The notes under the pieces are model-generated. The model was given only the letters and a program-made list of their open reading frames with translations. It had not been told where the DNA came from and searched no databases. Below, piece after piece: positions 48,979-58,895 of a stretch of 64,000 bases of DNA (position 1 is the first letter of the stretch; each line of letters begins with the position of its first letter). The DNA is from Myxococcota bacterium. GTDB taxonomy: Bacteria; Myxococcota_A; UBA9042; PHBI01; JAWLBL01. Where the stretch lies: contig JAWLBL010000019.1 of assembly GCA_041687695.1 (NCBI GenBank), positions 110,685 to 174,684 of the forward strand, given 5' to 3'. A program made the position numbers and the translations under genes.

Positions 48979-49872
48979 CTACCAGGGGCCCTTCATCGGG
49001 TCGCCGGGCAGCGGCAACAGCGCCTCGAGCTGCTCGGGGCCCTCGGCGCCGCAGGTCAGGCGCAGGCGGAACGCGGCCGGGGCCGACAGCGCGCCCGCGG
49101 CGGCCTCCAGCGCCGTCTCGCCGCCGACCAGCGCGCGGGCCAGCGAGGTGGCCAGGCGCACGCCGACCGGCCCCCACTCGAGGGTCAGCCGCGGCAGCGG
49201 CTCGGGGTCGTAGCTGACCTCGATCACCGCCGGCACCGGGCGGCCGGCCATCTGGCGCAGGTCGTCCAGGAGGGGCTGCAGGACCTCGCGCGCGGCGGCG
49301 CCGACCCCCAGGTGATCGGCCAGGGCGGGCAAGGTCTCGTGCCGCAGCGACCAGCGCGGCCGCAGGTGGCGGACGCCGGTCGGGCTGGACACCAGGCGGC
49401 AGCCGACCACGCCGGGCTCGCCGGTCAGGGCGTGCAGCGCGTTGAAGTGCAGCACCGAGGCGCGCGGGAAGGGCAGGGGGCTGGCGCTGAGCGACAGGCG
49501 GGTCGGCGGCATCGGCGCGACCAGGCCCAGGACGCGCGTCGGGTCGCCCGCGGCCAGCGGGTGATCGATGACCACCGGGCCGCGGGGCCAGCGGCCGACC
49601 AGCCAGCGGGCCAGCCAGGTGGGGTCGGCGTGGGGGGCGCGGGCCGGGGCGACGCCGGTGGCCGTCAGGCGCTGCAGGGCCGGCAGCATCGACTCACGCG
49701 GGCCGCCCACGACGACGGCGGCGCTGGGCGGCGCCTGTCGGGTCAGCGAGAGGCGGGCCAGGCGGCGGGTCGGCTCGGCCGAGAGCAGGGTCGCGGCCAG
49801 CGGCGCGGGGTCGAGGTCGGCGGTGGCGCCCGCGGCGGTGGCCCAGGCGGTGAGCGAGGCGAGGTCGTTCAT
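48979..49872 (-). CDS. Hypothetical protein
   Basis: 297 aa ORF with GC3 bias. Confidence 0.5.
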   Translation of the reverse strand: MNDLASLTAWATAAGATADLDPAPLAATLLSAEPTRRLARLSLTRQAPPSAAVVVGGPRESMLPALQRLTATGVAPARAPHADPTWLARWLVGRWPRGPVVIDHPLAAGDPTRVLGLVAPMPPTRLSLSASPLPFPRASVLHFNALHALTGEPGVVGCRLVSSPTGVRHLRPRWSLRHETLPALADHLGVGAAAREVLQPLLDDLRQMAGRPVPAVIEVSYDPEPLPRLTLEWGPVGVRLATSLARALVGGETALEAAAGALSAPAAFRLRLTCGAEGPEQLEALLPLPGDPMKGPW

Positions 49873-49919
49873 GGTAGCTAGGGTGTGACAGCGCTTGGGC
49901 GCGGTGGCAAGGGGGGCTT

Positions 49920-51338
49920 GTGATCGAAGGACGGGCGACCAGCGAGGGGACGGCGCGGCGGGCGGCGCGGACGGCGGCGGGGGCCGGCTGGTGGCGGCCC
50001 TTCGGGGCGACCGGGTGGACGGCCAGCGCGCTGGGGTTCGGGGCCTACCGGGTCACCGATCGCGACGACGAGGCGGCGGCGCTGGGGCAGGCGCTGGCGA
50101 TGGGCGTCAACCTGGTCGACACGGCCCACAACTACGGCCTGGGGCGCAGCGAGGCGCTGATCGGGCGGGTGCTGGCGGCCGAGCTGGGCGCCGGGCGGCT
50201 GGCGCGCGACGAGGTGCTGATCGTGACCAAGGCCGGGTACCTGCAGGGCGGGGTGCTGGAGGCCGTGCGGGACGAGGTCGAGGCCGGGGCGGAGTACGCC
50301 GTGCGCCCGATGCGCGACGACCACTGGCACACGCTGGATCCGCGGCTGGTCGCGCGCCTCATCGAGGGCTCGCGGCGCCGGCTGGGGCTGGCGACCGTCG
50401 ACGTGGCGCTGCTGCACAACCCCGAGCACCTGTTCGTCGGCGACGCCGACGGGTTCTACGCGCAGGTGCGGGCCGCCTTCGAGCGGCTCGAGGCGCTGGC
50501 CGACGCGGGGGCGATCGCGGCCTACGGGGTGTCGTCGAACACGCTGCCGGCGGGGGCCGAGGCGCCGGCGCGGGTCGAGGCCGACCGGCTGCTGCGGGCG
50601 GCGCGCGAGGTGGCCGGCGAGGGGCACCGCCTGCGGGTGGTGCAGTTCCCGCTGAACCTGGTCGAGGACGCCGGGGTGGCCCTGGCGGCGCGGTGCGCCG
50701 AGCTGGGGCTGGCGGTGCTAGCGAACCGGCCGCTGAACGGGCTGGTGGTCGAGGCGGGGCGCGAGCGGGTGGTGCGGCTGGCCGATCCGGGCGACGACGC
50801 GGCGGCGGACGACTTCGCCGAGGCGCGGCGGGCGCTGGGCGAGCTGGAGGGCGCGTATCGGCGCGAGGTGGGGCCGGCGCTGAGGATGCCGCCGGCGGCG
50901 CTGCCGACCTGGTCGCAGGAGCTGCCCCACGCGATGCGGCGGCTGGGCAGCGCGCTGGACTTCGACGTGTTCCGGCGGGTGCAGGCCGACGCGAGCCTGC
51001 AGCCGACCCTGGGCAAGATCGAGGCGCGGCGGGGCGAGGCCGAGGCGGCGGGGCCCTGGCTCGAGGCCTTCGGGGCGGGCTGGGAGCGGCTGATGGCGGC
51101 GGCGCGGGCGCAGCTGGCGCGGCGGGACCGGCTGCGGCTGGGGCCGCTGATGGCGCGGGCGGCGGGCGAGCTGCCGGCGGAGGTGGCCGAGGGGCCGTGG
51201 GCGCGGCGGGCGGCGGCCTGGGTGGCGACGCGGCCGGGGGTGTCGACGGCGCTGGTGGGGATGCGGCGGCCGGCCTGGGTGGGCGATCTGGCCCCGCTGG
51301 TGTCGGCCGACCTTTCGGGGACCGCGGCGGTCCGGTAG
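49920..51338 (+). CDS. Aldo/keto reductase
   Basis: LGFGAYR, NLVDTAHNYGLGRSE, TKAGY, LLHNPE. Confidence 0.85.
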   Translation: MIEGRATSEGTARRAARTAAGAGWWRPFGATGWTASALGFGAYRVTDRDDEAAALGQALAMGVNLVDTAHNYGLGRSEALIGRVLAAELGAGRLARDEVLIVTKAGYLQGGVLEAVRDEVEAGAEYAVRPMRDDHWHTLDPRLVARLIEGSRRRLGLATVDVALLHNPEHLFVGDADGFYAQVRAAFERLEALADAGAIAAYGVSSNTLPAGAEAPARVEADRLLRAAREVAGEGHRLRVVQFPLNLVEDAGVALAARCAELGLAVLANRPLNGLVVEAGRERVVRLADPGDDAAADDFAEARRALGELEGAYRREVGPALRMPPAALPTWSQELPHAMRRLGSALDFDVFRRVQADASLQPTLGKIEARRGEAEAAGPWLEAFGAGWERLMAAARAQLARRDRLRLGPLMARAAGELPAEVAEGPWARRAAAWVATRPGVSTALVGMRRPAWVGDLAPLVSADLSGTAAVR

Positions 51339-51348
51339 ATTGGCGCGC

Positions 51349-53037
51349 ATGACGCACGGGGGACAGGCGGCGGCGGGCGGGCATCTGGACAAGCACCTCG
51401 AGGAGGCGCGCGAGGTCGCGGTCTTCGAGGGGGCCTCCAGCGCGCAGATCGAGATCCAGCTGGGCCACGTCTGCAACAACCGCTGCGTCTTCTGCGTCAG
51501 CGGGCAGCTGACCGAGCAGGGGCTGGCGCGCAGCATCCCCGAGGACCCGGTCTTCGCGACGCTCGAGGCGGCGCGGGCGCGCGGGGCGCGCAAGCTGACC
51601 TTCCTGGGCGGCGAGCCGACCCTGCAGAAGAGCTTCCTGCCGGCGCTGAGGAAGGCGGTCGACCTGGGCTTCGAGGAGATCGTCATCTTCACCAACGGGG
51701 TGAAGACGCGGCGGCCCGAGTACATCGACCAGATCGTCCGGCTGGGGCGCTTCACCTGGCGCTTTTCGATCCAGGGCGGCAACGCCGAGGCCCACGACCG
51801 GGTCACCGGGCGGGTGGGCGCCTTCCAGCGCATCGTGGACGGGATGGCGCACCTGAAGGCGCTGGGCCAGGACATCACCGCCAACATGTGCATCAACGAG
51901 CTCAGCTACCGCTCGCTGCCCGACTATCCGGCGCTGGCGGCCGAGTACGGCCTGCGGCAGCTGCACATCGACATGATCCGGCCGGCCGACGCCGGGGCGC
52001 GCACCGACGCGTACCTGCGAGACATCATGCCCAGGTACGCCGACATGGCGCCCTTCATCGCGCAGATGCTCGAGGGCTTCGCGCGCCTCGCGCCCGAGGT
52101 CGACGTCAACATCGGCAACTACCCCTACTGCCTGGTCCCCGAGTGGGCCCACAAGGTCCACCACGACGGCGAGGCCACCATGACGGTGGCGGTCGACGGC
52201 GACCAGCTGAGCGAGCCCTGGGACAAGTACACCAGCAAGCGCAGCGACAAGCGCCACCCCGCGGCCTGCGACGGCTGCGTGTTCAAGCCGCAGTGCAACG
52301 GCCTGTTCGACAAGTACCGCGCCTTCTACGGCGACGACGAGGTGCGGCCGGTCACGCGCGCGCGGCTGGCCCAGGTCGACCGGGCGCAGCGCTTCTTCGT
52401 GCTGCAGGTCGAGCCGCTGCTCGAGGCGGCGCTGGCCGAGGCGGCGCCCGCGCCCTGGCGGCTGGCCGAGCTGTTCCGCAACACGCGCGACCGGCGGGTC
52501 GAGCTGCGTTTTTCCGGCGGGTCGGCGGGGCTGACGACGCTGGCGCTGACGCCGCCCGACGCGGCGGGGGCCCCCGAGCCGGTGGTCGCCTTCGAGCGGC
52601 TGGGGCTGAGCGCGCTGCCCGACCCCGGCGCCGACGCCGAGCAGGTCGTCGCGCTGCTGGGCTGGCTGGCTTCGCGGCTGGCGGCGGCTGGGGCCGGGGC
52701 GCCGATCATGCGCGTGCCGGCGCCCGAGCTGGTCGCGCGCTGGACCACGCCCGAGCGGCTCGAGCGGGCGCGGGCGCGCATCCTGCGCCTCACGTCCAAG
52801 CTGGAGCGGGCGCGCGTGCCCCTTTGGAGCTACGAGGGCGCGCGGCCGCTGGACGACGGGCTGGGCACCGGCGTGACCTTCGCCGGCCCGCGGGCCGACC
52901 GGGTCGAGGTGCGCCTGAGCGTGCAGAGCGATCCGGCGCGTCCCCCGGTGGCCATCGGCTACCGCCTGGGCGACGGCACCGACGAGGCCGGCGCCCGCCA
53001 GGCGCTGGGCGCGCTGATGGCGGCGCTGCGCGGCTGA
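51349..53037 (+). CDS. Radical SAM protein with SPASM-like Cys motif and C-terminal extension
   Basis: CNNRCVFC, GGEPTL, CDGCVFKPQCNG. Confidence 0.88.
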   Translation: MTHGGQAAAGGHLDKHLEEAREVAVFEGASSAQIEIQLGHVCNNRCVFCVSGQLTEQGLARSIPEDPVFATLEAARARGARKLTFLGGEPTLQKSFLPALRKAVDLGFEEIVIFTNGVKTRRPEYIDQIVRLGRFTWRFSIQGGNAEAHDRVTGRVGAFQRIVDGMAHLKALGQDITANMCINELSYRSLPDYPALAAEYGLRQLHIDMIRPADAGARTDAYLRDIMPRYADMAPFIAQMLEGFARLAPEVDVNIGNYPYCLVPEWAHKVHHDGEATMTVAVDGDQLSEPWDKYTSKRSDKRHPAACDGCVFKPQCNGLFDKYRAFYGDDEVRPVTRARLAQVDRAQRFFVLQVEPLLEAALAEAAPAPWRLAELFRNTRDRRVELRFSGGSAGLTTLALTPPDAAGAPEPVVAFERLGLSALPDPGADAEQVVALLGWLASRLAAAGAGAPIMRVPAPELVARWTTPERLERARARILRLTSKLERARVPLWSYEGARPLDDGLGTGVTFAGPRADRVEVRLSVQSDPARPPVAIGYRLGDGTDEAGARQALGALMAALRG

Positions 53038-53084
53038 GGGGCTGAGGGCGAAACCACTCCGGACGCTCGGCGAAGCGCCCGAGG

Positions 53085-53668
53085 TGGTTCGAACCACTTA
53101 TCCCGGCTCGGCGAACCGCCCGAAGTGGTTCGAACCAGCCGAGGCCGAGCTCGGAGTCGCCTTGAATGGGTTCGAACCAGCCGAGGCCGAGCTCGGAGTC
53201 GCCCCCGTTTGGTTCGAACCAATCGGGGCCGAGCTCGGAGTCGCCTTGCATTGGTTCGAACCAGCCGGAGGTCGAGCTCGGAGTCGCCTTGCATTGGTTC
53301 GAACCAGCCGGAGGCCGAGCTCGGAGTCGCCTTTGATGGGTTCGAACCAGCCGGGGCCGAGCTCGGAGTCGCCTTGCATTGGTTCGAACCAGCCAAAGGC
53401 CGAGCTCGGAGTCGCCTGGCAGTGGTTCGAACCCATCGAGCCCGAGCTCGGAGTCGCCCCCGTTTGGTTCGAACCAGCCGGAGGCCGAGCTCGGAGTCGC
53501 CTTGCATTGGTTCAGACCCATCGAGGCCGAGCTCGGAGCCGCCCGTGATGGGTTCAGACCCGCCGAGGCCGAGCTCGGAGTCGCCCGTGATGGGTTCAGA
53601 CCCGTCGAGGCCGAGCTCGGAGTCGCCCGTGATTGGTTCAGACCCGTCGAGGCCGAGCTCGGAGTCGC
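53085..53668. repeat. Tandem array of 13 units of 42-43 bp (GGTTCGAACC...GCCGAGCTCGGAGTCGCC)
   Basis: GAGCTCGGAG at 53147, 53189, 53231 ... 53655. Confidence 0.9.
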
Positions 53669-53721
53669 TCGGCGGCGGTTTCCACTGGCGCGGCCACGTG
53701 GCGGGGTTATCGTTCGCGCCC

Positions 53722-54852
53722 ATGTCCGAGCCGCGCACCGCCATCATCGTCGAGAACTTCGGCGGCCCCCAGTCGGCCGAAGAGGTCGAGCCCTTCCTGT
53801 TCAACCTCTTCAACGACCCCGACGTCATCCACCTGCCGTTCGGGCCGGCCTTCCAGGCGTGGCTGGCGCGGCGGGTGAGCAAGAAGCGGGCGCCGGCGGT
53901 CATCCCCGAGTACGCGCGCATGGGGGGCGGCTCGCCGCTGGTGCCGGTCACGATGCAGCAGGCGGCGGCGCTCGAGGCCGAGCTGAAGACCCGCCAGCCT
54001 GCCGATGCGGTCCCCCCGATCTATGTGGGCATGCGCTACACCGCGCCCTTCATCGCCGACGCGGTGAAGCGGGCGCTGGACGACGGGGCCCAGCGGCTGG
54101 TCGCGCTGCCGCTCTTTCCCCACTACTCGCTGACCACCACCGGGTCGGTGCACAACGCGGTGGCGCAGGCGCTGGAGGCGCTGGGGCGGCGCGAGGTGCC
54201 GGTCTCCTACGTCCCGGCCTTCTTCGACCACCCCGGCTGGGTCGAGGCGGTGGTGGCCCGCATCGGCGAGGCGCTGGCCGGCCCCGACGCGCCCGCGCGG
54301 CCGGCGCTGCTGTTCAGCGCCCACGGGCTGCCCTCGCGCTACGTGCGCAAGGGCGACCCCTACATGGGGCAGGTCCAGGAGAGCGTGCGCCTCATCGTCG
54401 ACCGGCTGGGCTGGACCGGCCGCTGGGGCCTCAGCTGGCAGAGCCGCGTCGGGCCGCTCAAGTGGCTGGACCCCTCGACCGATCTGGCCATCGAGCGCCT
54501 CCTCCGCGAGGAGGGCGAGCGCGAGATCCTGGTGGTGCCCATCGCCTTCGTCGGCGATCACATCGAGACGCTGGTCGAGATCGGCCACACCTACCGCGAG
54601 CAGGCCCTGGCCCAGGGCGCCAGCTGGTTCGAGGTCACCCGCGGCCTGGACACCCACCCGGCCTTCATCGCCTGCCTCGCCGACCTGGTCGCGCGCGCAC
54701 AGGCGGGCGCCTACGATCGCCTGTGCTTCCGCTGCTTGCTACCCCGCGAGCGTCAGCACCTGGGTCGCGCGCAGTGCCTGGACTGCAAGATCAAGCGCCC
54801 CTACTACGACCGCGTGTGGCGCACCCGCCAGGACCTCGAGCGCGGGTTGTAG
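53722..54852 (+). CDS. hemH: Ferrochelatase
   Basis: NFGGP, GGGSPL, MRY, PHYS, FSAHGLP, WQSRVGP..WL.P, FVGDHIETL.EI. Confidence 0.93.
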   Translation: MSEPRTAIIVENFGGPQSAEEVEPFLFNLFNDPDVIHLPFGPAFQAWLARRVSKKRAPAVIPEYARMGGGSPLVPVTMQQAAALEAELKTRQPADAVPPIYVGMRYTAPFIADAVKRALDDGAQRLVALPLFPHYSLTTTGSVHNAVAQALEALGRREVPVSYVPAFFDHPGWVEAVVARIGEALAGPDAPARPALLFSAHGLPSRYVRKGDPYMGQVQESVRLIVDRLGWTGRWGLSWQSRVGPLKWLDPSTDLAIERLLREEGEREILVVPIAFVGDHIETLVEIGHTYREQALAQGASWFEVTRGLDTHPAFIACLADLVARAQAGAYDRLCFRCLLPRERQHLGRAQCLDCKIKRPYYDRVWRTRQDLERGL

Positions 54853-54954
54853 GGGGCCACGGGGCGTGCCCGTCTCGAGCCTCGAAGCGCCGCGAGCTTT
54901 GCAAACCCACGAGCCGTCGTGAGCGAGGGCACTCCAGGTGGCGTGACGCCGTCG

Positions 54955-55120
54955 CCGAAGGCGGCCTTGGAGTGCTCCAGCTTGCTGGAGCCCCAGCACC
55001 GGCGGCTTGCCGCCGGGATCTGGCCGCCAGACCCGGCGCAGCAAGCTGCGCCGCATCGGGGCTCCGGCAAGCCGGAGCACTCCGGTAGGGCTGTAGCGAC
55101 ACCCTCTTCCAGCCGGCCGG
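54955..55120. repeat. REP-like palindromic element, homologous to the 209-bp unit at 63205-64000
   Basis: GGAGTGCTCC...CGGCGGCTTGCCGCCG...GGCGCAGCAAGCTGCGCC...GGAGCACTCC. Confidence 0.75.
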
Positions 55121-55167
55121 TTTGCAGCAGCGAGCCCTCGCGAGCGAGGGGACTCCGGGCGGCCGCG

Positions 55168-56871
55168 TCAGGGGGTGAGGACGGCGAAGCCGCGGGCGGG
55201 CAGGAGCAGCTCGAGCGGGGCGTCGGTGTCGGCGCGGCTGGCCTGGGCGACGTGGCCGGCGAGCGCGGTGAAGTGGGTCGCTGGCGGCAGATCGGCGGCG
55301 GCCAGGGTGACGGTCGAGGGGGTCGCGGCGAAGTTGAAGGCCAGCACGACGCGGGTGTCGTCCAGCTCGCGCAGCAGGGCCAGCGGCGGGCCGGCGGACC
55401 CGCTGGCCTCGAGACGCCGGGTGGCGCCGACCGACAGGGCGGGGTGGGCGCGGCGCAGGTGGATGAGCGCGCGGTAGTGGCTGAGCAGCGAGTCCGGGTC
55501 GCCGGTCTGGCCGGCCACCGAGTCGAGGACCGCCGTGCTGGCCGGGGCGCGCCAGGGGGTGCCGGCGGTGAAGCCGACGCCCTGGCCGGCGGCCCACTGC
55601 ATGGGCAGGCGCTTGGCCTCGTCGCCGCCGCCGGGGCCGTTCTTCAGGCCTAGCTCCTCGCCGTAGTACAGCCAGGGGGTGCCGGGCAGGGTCAGCAGCA
55701 GCGCCGCGGCCAGGCGCAGCGCGTCGGGGCCGGCGCCGGCCAGCTCGGTGGCGACGCGGACCTGGTCGTGGTTGGTCAGGAAGCTGGCGGCGCGGCCGTG
55801 GGCGGGGAAGCCGTCCAGCCGCTGGCACAGCGCGCCAGCCAGCGCGCTGGCGCTGCCGGTCTGCAGCGCGGTCAGGGTCGCCGCGGCGGCGTCGAAGTCG
55901 AAGCTCATCGTCAGCTCGGGCGCCCCCGCGGCGCCGAAGTAGGTCGCGACGACGGCGGTGTCGGTCCAGACCTCGCCCAGGTACAGCGCGTCCGGGTGGT
56001 CGGGGGCCAGCGCGGCCCGCAGGTCGCGCCAGAAGGCGTGGGTCTGGGGCGTGTCCGACTGCCCGGGCCCCGGGCCCGTCTCGACCAGGTAGCGCGCCGC
56101 GTCCAGCCGGAAGCCGTCGACCCCGCGGCCGAGCCAGAAGCGCGCGATGTCGGTCATCTCGGCGGCGACCGCCGGGTTGGCGTAGTTGAGATCGGGCATC
56201 CCGTCCCAGAACAGCGCGTAGAACCAGGACGAGCCGCGCTGGTGCCAGACCGGGCCCGGCCCCCAGGGGCGGTCCCAGTCCAGGAAGGTGTCGCTCCAGA
56301 CGTACCAGTCGCGCCGCGGCGAGGCCGGCCCGCGGGCGGCGTCCAAAAACCAGGGGTGCTGGCTGGACGAGTGGTTGACCACCAGATCGGTCACCACCCG
56401 GAGGCCGCGGGCGTGGGCCGCCGCCAGCAGCGCGTCGAGGTCGGCCAGGGTGCCGTACTCGTCGTCGACGGCCCGGTAGTCGGTCACGTCGTAGCCGTGA
56501 TAGCTGGGGCTCTGGTTGATGGGCATCAGCCACAGCACGTCGACCCCCAGATCGGTGGTCGTCGCCGGGTCGCCGTCGTTCAGGTAGTCCAGCCGCGCGG
56601 TCAGCCCCTTCAGATCGCCCACGCCGTCGCCGTCCGAGTCGGCGAAGCTGCGGACGAAGATCTCGTAGCCCACCGCCGTGTCGTACCAGGCCGGGGCGGC
56701 GCGGGCCGGGGCGCTGCAGGGCGGGTGCGGGGCCTCGCTCGCGTCGACCGCCGGGTCGCCGTCGGCGGCTGCGTCCGGCGCGGCCGGCGCGTCGGCGACG
56801 GTCAGCGCCGGGGTCCCGCCGCAGCCGAGGGCCAGCGCCACGGCCAGGGCCAGCGCCGCCGCCGTCCGCAT
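55168..56871 (-). CDS. GH13 alpha-amylase family lipoprotein
   Basis: Lipobox LGC; YEIFVRSFADSDGDG, DLVVNH, DGFRLDA, GEVW, FLTNHD. Confidence 0.9.
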   Translation of the reverse strand: MRTAAALALAVALALGCGGTPALTVADAPAAPDAAADGDPAVDASEAPHPPCSAPARAAPAWYDTAVGYEIFVRSFADSDGDGVGDLKGLTARLDYLNDGDPATTTDLGVDVLWLMPINQSPSYHGYDVTDYRAVDDEYGTLADLDALLAAAHARGLRVVTDLVVNHSSSQHPWFLDAARGPASPRRDWYVWSDTFLDWDRPWGPGPVWHQRGSSWFYALFWDGMPDLNYANPAVAAEMTDIARFWLGRGVDGFRLDAARYLVETGPGPGQSDTPQTHAFWRDLRAALAPDHPDALYLGEVWTDTAVVATYFGAAGAPELTMSFDFDAAAATLTALQTGSASALAGALCQRLDGFPAHGRAASFLTNHDQVRVATELAGAGPDALRLAAALLLTLPGTPWLYYGEELGLKNGPGGGDEAKRLPMQWAAGQGVGFTAGTPWRAPASTAVLDSVAGQTGDPDSLLSHYRALIHLRRAHPALSVGATRRLEASGSAGPPLALLRELDDTRVVLAFNFAATPSTVTLAAADLPPATHFTALAGHVAQASRADTDAPLELLLPARGFAVLTP

Positions 56872-57764
56872 CAGCTGCGCTTGCGCGGCTTGAGCAGCTT
56901 GGCCGTCAGCCGGTCGAAGCGCTCCTGGGCGGCGGTGAGATCGGCCACCAGGGCGCGCAGCTGCTCGAGCGCGTCGGGCGAGGGCTCGAGCAGCGGCGCC
57001 ACCGCGCCCAGGACGCGCGCGGTGCGGGCCAGATCGGCCAGGCCGGCGCCCGCGACCTCTTGCAGGTAGGCGGTGATCGGCGCGCGGACGAGGCCGGGGC
57101 CCGGCGGGAAGCCCTGCTCCATCAGCTCGAGCGCGTCCTCGACCATGTCGCGGACCTCGGCGGCGCCCTCGGCCATCAGCACCTCGTGGCGCATGCCGGG
57201 CCGCTCGAACAGGTAGTCGCTCATCAGCAGCAGGCGCTGCGCCGGACCGCGCGCCGCCTCGAGCTCGCCGATGGGCCCCTCGACCGCCTCGCGCAGCCCG
57301 CCCGCGTCCAGCGCGTCGCCGCGGGTCGCCAGCAGGATGCGGTAGAAGCGGCGGACCAGCGCGTCGACCTGGGCGGCCTCGACCTCGCCGGCGGCCAGCG
57401 GCCAAGGGTCGACCCCGGCCATGAAGCCCCCGGCGCGCGCCTCGGTCTCGCGCAGGCGCACCCGCGAGGTGCTGGAGATGGCAAGCGCCGGGTGGGGATC
57501 GTCGTCGGTCGGCGGCCGCAGCGTGCCCTCGCCGACCAGCGCCGCCTCGACCAAGGGGCCGGGGCCGGCCTGGGCGCGCTTTTCCATCGCGGTCACCCGC
57601 GGCGCGTTGGGCGGGCGGCAGGCGACGACCACGGCGGCGGTCCCGCCCGCGCCCTCGAGCAGCGGCGCCAGGAAGCGCGCCTCGTCGGGGTCGAGCGACA
57701 CCTCGGTGTCGGCGCCGGGGAGCATGATCTCGTCGAGCACGATGAGCGGGAGGGTCGCGGCCAT
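56871..57764 (-). CDS. LON peptidase substrate-binding (N-terminal) domain protein
   Basis: TLPLIVL...MLPG start typical of LON_N. Confidence 0.55.
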   Translation of the reverse strand: MAATLPLIVLDEIMLPGADTEVSLDPDEARFLAPLLEGAGGTAAVVVACRPPNAPRVTAMEKRAQAGPGPLVEAALVGEGTLRPPTDDDPHPALAISSTSRVRLRETEARAGGFMAGVDPWPLAAGEVEAAQVDALVRRFYRILLATRGDALDAGGLREAVEGPIGELEAARGPAQRLLLMSDYLFERPGMRHEVLMAEGAAEVRDMVEDALELMEQGFPPGPGLVRAPITAYLQEVAGAGLADLARTARVLGAVAPLLEPSPDALEQLRALVADLTAAQERFDRLTAKLLKPRKRS

Positions 57765-57854
57765 GGGCGCGTTCTGCCACGAGCCGCCGAGAAAGGGAAC
57801 CAGCGTTCGCGGCGCCGCTTTACTCACGCGCCCGCGTGCGGTAGGGCAGCGCCA

Positions 57855-58895
57855 ATGTCTAACGCGGGCATCGTGGGCCGTAAGGCCGAGCACATCCGGG
57901 TCTGCCTCGAGGAGGCGGTCGAGTCCGGCGCCGCGGGCGGGCTCGAGCGCTGGCGCCTCGGGTACCGCGCGCTGCCCGAGATCGCGCTGGACGAGGTCGA
58001 TCTGTCGGTGACGCTGGCCGGAAAGCGGCTGGCCGCGCCGCTCGTCATCGGCGCGATGACCGGCGGCACCGACGAGGCGCGGACGCTGAACCTGCGGCTG
58101 GCGCGGGTGGCGCAGCTGCGCGGCCTCGGCTTCGCCCTGGGCTCGGGGCGGGTCGCGCTGGAGCGGCCCGAGACGCTGCCCTCGTTCCAGGTGCGCGAGG
58201 TGGCGCCCGACGCGCTGGTCTTCGCCAACCTGGGCGCGGTGCAGCTCAACAAGGGCATGAGCGGGCACGACGCGGCGCGCCTGGTGGCGCTGACCGGGGC
58301 CGACGCGCTGAACCTGCACCTGAACCCCCTGCAGGAGGCCGTGCAGCCGGGCGGCGACACCGACTTCCGCGATCTGGCCGCCAAGATCGGCGAGGCGGCG
58401 CGGGTCGTCCCGGCGCCGGTCTTCGTCAAGGAGGTCGGCGCCGGCCTCGGCCCCGAGACGGCCGCGCTGCTGGCCTCGCTGCCCATCGCCGGGGTCGAGA
58501 CCGCCGGCGTCGGCGGCACCAGCTGGGCCCGGGTCGAGGCCCTGCGCTCGCCCGACCCCCGCGCCCAGGCCGCCGGCCTCGCCCTCGGGGCCATCGGCGT
58601 GCCCACCGCCGACAGCATCGTCGCCTGCCGCGCCGCCTTCGCCGATCGGCCGGTCATCGGCTCGGGCGGGCTGCGCACGGCGGTCGAGATGGCGACCGCC
58701 CTGGCCCTGGGCGCCGACGCGGTCGCCTGCGCGCTGCCGTTCCTCAAGGCCGCCGCCGAGGGCGAGGACGCCGCGCTCGCGCTGGCCGACCACTACGTCG
58801 AGGCGCTGCGCATCCTGTGCTTCGTCTGCGGCGCCCGCACCCCGGGCGAGCTGCGCGGCCGCGTGCACCCCGTCGAGCCCGGGGCCGCGCGGTGA
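57855..58895 (+). CDS. fni: Type 2 isopentenyl-diphosphate isomerase
   Basis: RKAEHI, AMTGG, HLNPLQE, VKEVG.G, GGTSW. Confidence 0.93.
   Translation: MSNAGIVGRKAEHIRVCLEEAVESGAAGGLERWRLGYRALPEIALDEVDLSVTLAGKRLAAPLVIGAMTGGTDEARTLNLRLARVAQLRGLGFALGSGRVALERPETLPSFQVREVAPDALVFANLGAVQLNKGMSGHDAARLVALTGADALNLHLNPLQEAVQPGGDTDFRDLAAKIGEAARVVPAPVFVKEVGAGLGPETAALLASLPIAGVETAGVGGTSWARVEALRSPDPRAQAAGLALGAIGVPTADSIVACRAAFADRPVIGSGGLRTAVEMATALALGADAVACALPFLKAAAEGEDAALALADHYVEALRILCFVCGARTPGELRGRVHPVEPGAAR

Noticed and set aside
53085..53668. CRISPR array
   Set aside because: Variable segments are only ~7-8 bp and are reused, not unique 30-40 bp spacers; no cas genes in the window
52790..53951. WFEP/GDSELG repeat proteins, and ORFs in 62400-64000
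   Set aside because: Translations of DNA repeats whose mixed periods (42/43, 113, 208/209 bp) do not hold one frame
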